A DNA stretch of 59,167 nucleotides from Armatimonadota bacterium (GTDB taxonomy: Bacteria; Armatimonadota; DTGP01; JAHWJO01). Under the pieces are notes generated by a model, which made no database searches, was not told the origin of the DNA, and saw only the letters and a list, made by a program, of their open reading frames with translations. The stretch lies in assembly GCA_038240635.1 (NCBI GenBank), contig JBBRGS010000001.1, positions 1 to 59,167 on the forward strand, in the 5' to 3' direction. Each line of letters begins with the position of its first letter. Positions within the stretch are counted from its first letter, which is position 1. Made by a program: the position numbers and the translations under genes. Positions 55,784 through 59,167 of this stretch are shown here, piece after piece.

Positions 55784-58678
55784 ATGCCCACCCCCTTCCT
55801 CTCCCTCGACCCCCGCGCCTGCGGCCTTTCTGATCCCCTCAGCGACGACATTGAACGGCTCGATCAGCTGCTGGGCGCGGCGCTGGAGGCGCAGGGCGAC
55901 AGCGCCCTCATCGGTCTGGCCCGGCGTCTCCGCGACCATGAACCCGATGACGATCTAACCCCTTTGTGGGACCGGTACCCGGAACTTCAGCAGCCGGAGA
56001 CGGCGCAGGCCCTCGTGCGCGCCTTCACGCTGCTGTTTCAGCTGCTCAACATGGCCGAGCAGAAGGAGATCGTGCGGGTGAACCGCTCCCGGCGTCCCGC
56101 CCATGACGCCCCTCGCCCCGAATCGATCCCGGAGGCCGTGGAGCGACTCGCGAGCGCCGGACTGTCGGCGGACGGCATGCAGGCCCTCCTGAACCGGCTG
56201 GACGTGCGCCCCACGCTCACCGCGCACCCCACCGAAGCCCGCCGCCGCGCCATCCTCGATAAACTCCGCGCCGTGGCCGAGCAACTCGTCGAAGCCGACT
56301 TGCCCGCTGCCGACGCCCGCCTCGACCAGCCTCTTGACACCCCAGGGCGCGCTCAGGCGGAACTGAGTCGCCTCCTCGTCGAACTGTGGCAGACCGACGA
56401 ACTGCGCGCCACCCCGCTCACCGTCGCCAACGAGGTCCGCAACGCCCTCTACTTCTTCGAGCGGACCATTGTGGGGGTCGTGCCGTGGCTCTACCACGAC
56501 CTGCGCGTCGCCCTGGAGCGGGTGTACCCCGGTCATGAGTTCGTCATGCCCGTCTTCCTCGGCTATCGGTCGTGGGTGGGCGGGGATCGGGATGGCAACC
56601 CCAACGTCACCCCCGAAGTGACCTGGCGCACTCTCCTCCAGCACAAGGAGCGGATTCTCGACATCTACCTGCGCAGCGTCACCGAACTCCAGCGCGAACT
56701 CTCGCTCAGCGCGCGCCTCGGCTCCGTTTCGGACGCGCTTGCCGCCTCCCTCCAGGCCGACCGCGAGGCCATCGCGCTGCCGCCCGACACCCTCCTGAGA
56801 TACGCCCAGGAGCCGTACGCTCTCAAACTGCTCTATATTCAGCAGCGCCTCCAGGCCGCCCGCGCCCATATGACCGCTCTCGCTGACTTCCGCGCGGAGG
56901 GTCCGGGTTTTGTCATCCGTCCTCCGGCCTACGCGCGCTCGTCGGAATTTGTGGCCGACCTCGCGCTGATTCAGGAGAGCCTTCGGGCGCACGGCGCCGC
57001 TCCCCTCGCCGATGAAGGCCGCTTTGCTGACCTCGCCTGCCGCGCCCGCGCGTTCGGATTTCACCTCGCCACTCTCGATGTGCGGCAACACAGCGACGAA
57101 CACGCCATCGCGCTGGATGAAGTCATGGAAGCGGCGGGAGTCCTGCCTCCGGAGACGCGCTACTCCGAGCTGCCCGAAGCGGAGAAGACTCGCATCCTCA
57201 CCCACGAATTGCTCAATCCGCGCCCGCTGCTGCCCCGCGAGTGCGCCCTCTCTTCAGACGCCCGCCGCACCCTCGACGTGTTCGAGGTGATCCGTCACGC
57301 GCGCCGCTACCTCTCCCCCAGCGCCGTCATGTCGTACGTCATCAGCATGACCCACGGGGCCAGCGACGTGCTGGAAACCCTGCTGCTCGCCAGGGAATCC
57401 GGGCTGCTTCGCTGGAGGATGACCGACGCGGGGCCGGCGCTGGAGAGCGATCTCGACATTGTGCCGCTCTTCGAGACGATTGAGGACCTGGCCGACTGTC
57501 AGGAGATCATGAAGGCCCTGTTCGCCAACCGCGCCTACCGCGCCCACCTCGACGCACGCGGGCGGTTTCAGGAAGTCATGCTCGGCTACTCGGACAGCAA
57601 TAAGGACGGCGGATATCTGGCCGCCAACTGGTCGCTTCAGGACACCCAGCTCCGCCTGGCGCAGGTGTGCGAGCGCGCGGGGGTCACGCTGCGGTTCTTC
57701 CACGGGCGCGGCGGCACGGTCGGTCGGGGCGGGGGGCGCGCGAACCGGGCGATTCTGTCGCAGCCGGGGACGTTCAGCGGGAAAATCCGCTTCACCGAGC
57801 AGGGGGAGATCATCTCGTTCCGGTACGGCCTCGCGCCCATTGCGCACCGGCACCTGGAGCAGATCGTCAACGCCGTGCTGATCTCCGCAGCGGAGGTGAC
57901 GCGAACCCGGCAGCCCAAACCCGCGTGGACCGCCCTCATGAGCGAGATGGCGCAAACGTCACGGGAGCGGTACCGCGATCTGGTGTACCGCGACCCGGAG
58001 TTCTGGGACTTTTATACGCAGGCCACGCCGATCTCTTACATCAGTCGCCTCCCGATCACCTCCCGTCCCACGTTCCGACCGGGCAGGCAGCGGGTGGGGT
58101 TGGAGGGGTTGCGCGCCATTCCGTGGGTCTTCGCGTGGGTGCAGAGCCGGTATGGCGTTCCGGGCTGGTATGGCGTGGGCGCGGCGCTGGAGGCGGCGGC
58201 GTTCCCCGCAGCGGCGTCGGGCGATCCTTCCCCCGATGAGGAGAGACGACCCGGCGAGGGGCTGGCGCGGCTTCGGGAGATGTATCGGGAGTGGCCGTTC
58301 TTCCGCACGGTGATGGACAACGCCCAGTTGGAACTGGCGCGGGCCAGCCTGGACACCGCCGCCGAGTACGCCGCCCGCGTGCGACCGGAAGCCCTGGGGC
58401 AGCGGCTGCACGCCCAAATCGCCGAGGAGTATGAGCGAACCCGGCGCTGCGTGCTGGCCGTGACCGAGCAGGCGGAACTGATGGAGGGCGCGCCGGTCAT
58501 CCGCCGCACGGTGGAACTCCGCAATCCCGCGCTGAAGCCGTTGTCTCGGCTACAGGTCGCCCTGCTGGACGGCTGGGAGCGGGGCGGCCTTCAGGAGCGG
58601 GCAGACGCGGACGAGTGGCGCACGGCCCTGCTGCTGAGCCTCGCGGGAGTCGCGGCGGCGATGCAAAGCACGGGGTAG
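55784..58678 (+). CDS. ppc: Phosphoenolpyruvate carboxylase, 964 aa
   Basis: ATG at 55784 in ORF 55367..58678. LTAHPTEARR, GYSDSNKDGG and FHGRGGTVGRGG motifs. C-terminus ...AAMQSTG. Confidence 0.93.
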   Translation: MPTPFLSLDPRACGLSDPLSDDIERLDQLLGAALEAQGDSALIGLARRLRDHEPDDDLTPLWDRYPELQQPETAQALVRAFTLLFQLLNMAEQKEIVRVNRSRRPAHDAPRPESIPEAVERLASAGLSADGMQALLNRLDVRPTLTAHPTEARRRAILDKLRAVAEQLVEADLPAADARLDQPLDTPGRAQAELSRLLVELWQTDELRATPLTVANEVRNALYFFERTIVGVVPWLYHDLRVALERVYPGHEFVMPVFLGYRSWVGGDRDGNPNVTPEVTWRTLLQHKERILDIYLRSVTELQRELSLSARLGSVSDALAASLQADREAIALPPDTLLRYAQEPYALKLLYIQQRLQAARAHMTALADFRAEGPGFVIRPPAYARSSEFVADLALIQESLRAHGAAPLADEGRFADLACRARAFGFHLATLDVRQHSDEHAIALDEVMEAAGVLPPETRYSELPEAEKTRILTHELLNPRPLLPRECALSSDARRTLDVFEVIRHARRYLSPSAVMSYVISMTHGASDVLETLLLARESGLLRWRMTDAGPALESDLDIVPLFETIEDLADCQEIMKALFANRAYRAHLDARGRFQEVMLGYSDSNKDGGYLAANWSLQDTQLRLAQVCERAGVTLRFFHGRGGTVGRGGGRANRAILSQPGTFSGKIRFTEQGEIISFRYGLAPIAHRHLEQIVNAVLISAAEVTRTRQPKPAWTALMSEMAQTSRERYRDLVYRDPEFWDFYTQATPISYISRLPITSRPTFRPGRQRVGLEGLRAIPWVFAWVQSRYGVPGWYGVGAALEAAAFPAAASGDPSPDEERRPGEGLARLREMYREWPFFRTVMDNAQLELARASLDTAAEYAARVRPEALGQRLHAQIAEEYERTRRCVLAVTEQAELMEGAPVIRRTVELRNPALKPLSRLQVALLDGWERGGLQERADADEWRTALLLSLAGVAAAMQSTG

Positions 58679-58740
58679 GCGTGGCGGCGGCGATGCAAAG
58701 CACGGGGTAGGCGTGGTGGCGGCGATGCGGAGCGCGGACA
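58654..58740. repeat. 32-bp tandem repeat (about 2.7 copies) starting with the last codons and stop codon of ppc
   Basis: ggcggcgatgcaaagcacggggtaggcgtgg(c/t) starts at 58654 and 58686, with a diverged copy at 58718. The TAG stop is copied in unit 2. Confidence 0.9.
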
Positions 58741-58953
58741 GGGGCGTTTCCTCTGAGCGACAGAGTGAGCGCCCTCGTCGAGCGACAGGTCCCATGAGCG
58801 CCCATCCCTCCGACCGACAGAGTGGATTCTGTCGCTCGGCTTGGTCGCAATGGCCCTCACCCTGTCGATCAGGGCGCGTCACTCAGACGCCTTCAACGTA
58901 CAGTTTATGGCGCTCTTCCTGGCCGGGGCCACGGCGAGGCTTCCGGTGTCCGG

Positions 58954-59167
58954 TCAGCGCTGTGAACTGCGGCGGGGTGCGCCCATCAGACCGTCGGCGT
59001 AACCAAAAGCGCGGCGGACCCGTTCCCCCGTCGCGGGATGCGTCGCCAGCCACGCCGACGGGCCGGACTTCGATCCGGCGCCGTACTTCTCTTCCAAAAC
59101 CTGAAGGAAGTGCGGCAGGCCGTAGGCGTCGTAACCGGCGCGCATCGCGTAATCCACGCCGAGCTTA
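58954..59167 (-). CDS. M48-family peptidase, C-terminal part (the gene continues beyond the window end)
   Basis: ...VDYAMRAGYDAYGLPHFLQVLEEKYGAGSKSGPSAWLATHPATGERV parallels ...YEADRGGILGMEKAGYRVESAADMMGVLQDKYGSDKSKMASWFGSHPNTGNRV of 51645..52457. Confidence 0.7.
   Translation of the reverse strand, partial: KLGVDYAMRAGYDAYGLPHFLQVLEEKYGAGSKSGPSAWLATHPATGERVRRAFGYADGLMGAPRRSSQR

Overview
This is a high-GC (roughly 65%) bacterial chromosomal window with about 55 credible protein-coding genes. I recognised no rRNA, tRNA, CRISPR array, transposase or integrase. Many long ORFs in the track are antisense artefacts of the GC content. Housekeeping genes: metH, citrate synthase, leuCD, nadE, ppc, gmd/fcl, phhB and parAB. 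Other genes include an MscS channel, a ClC channel, LysR and B12-binding MerR (CarH-like) regulators, and a set of secreted carbohydrate-active or cell-surface proteins (GH76-, GH127-, GH26-like, DUF4832-like, beta-helix, fasciclin, dockerin+CAP). A ydaO-type c-di-AMP riboswitch precedes an NlpC/P60 hydrolase gene. The accessory content is dominated by small two-gene toxin-antitoxin-like modules. The most unusual structure involves four of these modules, which sit between repeated, diverged copies of the END of a neighbouring housekeeping gene. Three cassettes are strung behind metH, separated by four co-oriented copies of the metH 3' end that decay with distance from the intact gene. One cassette lies between a truncated and an intact copy of the mscS 5' end. 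All cassettes share the host gene's orientation, and no recombinase is present in the window. This looks like serial, gene-end-targeted capture of cassettes for which I recognise no dedicated promoter. I do not recognise it as a described element type. Other features: a MITE-like inverted-repeat family (3 copies, one nested in a ~360-bp palindrome), tandem repeats seeded from the stop-codon region of several genes, a decayed RelE-like toxin beside its intact antidote gene, and a frameshifted lipoprotein paralog. All functional calls come from motif recognition by eye, not from database searches.
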